A stretch of DNA of 64,000 nt from Halodesulfurarchaeum sp. (GTDB lineage: Archaea; Halobacteriota; Halobacteria; Halobacteriales; Halobacteriaceae). Below the pieces are notes generated by a model. It was not told where the DNA came from and did not search any database. It was given only the letters and a program-made list of their open reading frames with translations. The number at the start of each line of letters is the position of its first letter. Within the stretch, counting starts at the first letter, position 1. The stretch spans positions 320,001 to 384,000 of the forward strand of contig JAXHNL010000002.1 of the NCBI GenBank assembly GCA_034520565.1, in the 5' to 3' direction. Both the position numbers and the translations under genes were made by a program. Below are positions 61,820-64,000 of the stretch, piece by piece.

Positions 61820-63399
61820 CGCGGGTCCTCGCCATCGAAGGGACGGCGTGGGCCGCGAGCGCCGCCGTCTACGAATCGGCCACCGACGAACGCTTCATCG
61901 AGACCGACGCGTACCAGCCAGAGAGCGGCGGGATTCACCCGCGGGAGGCGGCCGAACACATGCGGGTGGCGATCCCGGACGTCGTCGAGACCGCACTCGA
62001 CGCGGCCAACGGACCGATCGACGCGGTGGCGTTTTCGCGGGGTCCCGGATTGGGGCCGTGCCTCCGGATCGTCGGGACGGCCGCTCGAACGCTCGCGGGC
62101 ACGCTCGAAGTGCCACTCGTCGGCGTGAACCACATGATCGCCCATCTCGAGATCGGGCGCCAGCAGTCGGGATTTGATTCTCCAATCTGCCTGAACGCGT
62201 CCGGCGCGAACGCCCACGTGCTGGGCTTCCGAAACGGTCGGTACCGGGTGCTGGGCGAGACGATGGACACCGGCGTGGGCAACGCACTCGACAAGTTCAC
62301 CCGCCACGTCGGCTGGTCTCACCCGGGCGGGCCGAAGGTCGAACGGGCGGCCCGCGACGGCGAGTACGTCGACCTCCCGTACGTCGTCAAGGGGATGGAC
62401 TTCTCCTTCTCGGGGATCATGAGTGCCGCCAAGGACCGCGTCGACGAGGACGTCCCCGTCGAGGACGTGAGTTTCGCCCTCCAGGAGAACATCTTCGCGA
62501 TGCTCACCGAGGTTACGGAGCGTGCGCTCTCGCTCACCGGCCGGGACGAACTCGTCCTCGGCGGCGGGGTCGGCCAGAACGCCAGGCTTCGGGAGATGCT
62601 CCGGGAGATGGCCGAGCAGCGCGGGGCGGAATTCTACGCTCCCGAACCCGAACTCCTCCGGGACAACGCGGGGATGATCGCCGTCCTCGGTGCCACGATG
62701 GCCGAGGCTGGTGACACCATTCCGATCGAGGACTCCGGTATCGACTCGGACTTCCGCCCGGATCAGGTGCCGGTGACCTGGCGCGAGGCGGACGACCCGG
62801 ACCCGCGAGGCACAGCGGCTGAATTCGCCGGCGCAGAGGCAGTCGTCGAATTCGAAAACGGGTTGGTCCGGAAGGTTCGGCGACCCAAGTCCTATCGCCA
62901 TCCGGAACTCGACGAGCGGCTGCGACGCGAGCGAACCGTACAAGAGGCACGACTGACGCGGGACGCCCGCAAGATGGGCGTGCCGACGCCGATCATCCAC
63001 GACGTCGACCTGCAGGAGACGACGATCGAGTTCGAGCGGGTCGGCGAATGGGACCTGCGGGACGCGTTGAGTCCCTCGCGCGTGGCAGAGGTCGGGGGCC
63101 ATCTGGCGATTATTCACGGCGCGGGGTTCGTCCACGGCGATCCAACCGTCCGGAACGTCCGGGTGCGCGAGGGTGACTCGGAGCCGGAGACGGTGCTGAT
63201 CGACTTCGGCCTGGGCTACTCGACCGACGACGTCGAGGACCACGCCATGGACCTGCACGTGTTCGAGCAGTCCCTCGACGGCACCGCCCCGAACCCCGAC
63301 GAGCTGGCCGCCGCGATGGAGGAGGGCTACGCCGAGGTGGGCGAGACGGCCGTCATCGAGCGGTTGCGACAGATAGAAGGGCGCGGTCGCTACCAGTAG
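61816..63399 (+). CDS. kae1: Bifunctional KEOPS Kae1/Bud32 (t6A synthesis)
   Basis: IEGTA, GGIHP, GPG, HMIAH, DNAGMIA; kinase part K..R.PK.YR, HGDPT, IDFGL. Confidence 0.96.
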   Translation: MTRVLAIEGTAWAASAAVYESATDERFIETDAYQPESGGIHPREAAEHMRVAIPDVVETALDAANGPIDAVAFSRGPGLGPCLRIVGTAARTLAGTLEVPLVGVNHMIAHLEIGRQQSGFDSPICLNASGANAHVLGFRNGRYRVLGETMDTGVGNALDKFTRHVGWSHPGGPKVERAARDGEYVDLPYVVKGMDFSFSGIMSAAKDRVDEDVPVEDVSFALQENIFAMLTEVTERALSLTGRDELVLGGGVGQNARLREMLREMAEQRGAEFYAPEPELLRDNAGMIAVLGATMAEAGDTIPIEDSGIDSDFRPDQVPVTWREADDPDPRGTAAEFAGAEAVVEFENGLVRKVRRPKSYRHPELDERLRRERTVQEARLTRDARKMGVPTPIIHDVDLQETTIEFERVGEWDLRDALSPSRVAEVGGHLAIIHGAGFVHGDPTVRNVRVREGDSEPETVLIDFGLGYSTDDVEDHAMDLHVFEQSLDGTAPNPDELAAAMEEGYAEVGETAVIERLRQIEGRGRYQ

Positions 63400-63604
63400 C
63401 TGGCTGGACCCAGTTCTTTGCCCCAGGGGGCGAGCAGGGGAGCGAGTCCAGACCGGGGTTTCCCACGCACTGCGGGGCCCACAGTGGTGACCGCGGAGCG
63501 GTCCAGTTACCGGCCTGGCAACTGGCTACATGGACCAGGTTGGCCCCGCCTTCACTGATAAACGTCCGGGCAGGGAGTTCGCAGGCTCCGGGAGATCCAG
63601 TCGG
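63400..63604 (-). ncRNA. Candidate structured non-coding RNA
   Basis: Nested helices, a GAAA tetraloop and G-U pairs on the minus strand; no credible CDS. Confidence 0.5.
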
Positions 63605-63647
63605 CGACGCCACAACGGTTTAGGCTCCTGCGCACCTATGATCGGGT

Positions 63648-63908
63648 ATGAGCCAAGAGGCCTCGGGAACGATATTTGGCATTCCCTACAACTTCGAACG
63701 GCCGAGTTTCAAGCGACTGCTCTCCTCCTACTGGCAGCCGGGCAAGGGAATGATCGTCGAAACACCCTTCGGGATCGGCTATTCGCTCAACCTTGCGAAC
63801 TGGCGGTCCTGGCTCGTTCTGGGGCTCGCCGTAGCCCTGGTCTACCAGGAGCAAACGGGTGAGGATGCGGGCGAAGACGAGCCCGTCGACGTGGTCATCG
63901 AGGAGTAG
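63648..63908 (+). CDS. DUF5808-like small protein
   Basis: GIPYNF.RPS, W.P, PFGIGYSLNLA, one TM helix. Confidence 0.8.
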   Translation: MSQEASGTIFGIPYNFERPSFKRLLSSYWQPGKGMIVETPFGIGYSLNLANWRSWLVLGLAVALVYQEQTGEDAGEDEPVDVVIEE

Positions 63909-63954
63909 CGGGCGAAAGCGGAACCCCTTTTTCGTCGGTCGGCGAGAGACCGGT

Positions 63955-64000
63955 ATGCTCCGGTTCGTGACGACGAACGCCGAGAAGGCCGCCGAAGCGA
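63955..64000 (+). CDS. rdgB: XTP/dITP diphosphatase (Ham1/RdgB), N-terminus only
   Basis: MLRFVTTNAEK; expected synteny after kae1. Confidence 0.75.
   Translation, partial: MLRFVTTNAEKAAEA

Overview
High-GC haloarchaeal (class Halobacteria) chromosomal segment, identified from acidic proteins, SAMP1, TiaS, GatD, thermosome, aIF2-gamma/Rpo7/Spt4/S24e/S27ae/Kae1-Bud32 and mostly leaderless genes. Most of it is core genome: metal transport (P1B ATPase, feoAB), a nucleoside/pentose-bisphosphate cluster, pstSCAB-phoU, citZ, ilvA-ridA, lrp-glnA, serS and tRNA-modification genes. Three small accessory patches stand out. (1) Directly after tRNA-Ser(GGA), a cassette encodes a double-wHTH protein and an AbiEii/DUF6036-like nucleotidyltransferase. 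Its TATA box is clamped by an 18-bp inverted repeat, and the cassette is bracketed by inverted copies of a multi-hairpin repeat. (2) After thsB, a tandem hairpin array precedes an RHH-RelE module. (3) A second RHH-RelE module lies at 52.4 kb. Both RelE toxins are disrupted, and both antitoxin promoters share a CACAG-N6-CACAG-N3-ATG layout. Candidate unannotated RNAs lie at about 63.4-63.6 kb (strongly structured), 29.0 kb and 1.76 kb. Single-base frameshifts cluster in pstS/C/A and also occur in trm1 and the PIN gene, and are probably sequencing errors. All family assignments come from motif recognition by eye, not database searches.
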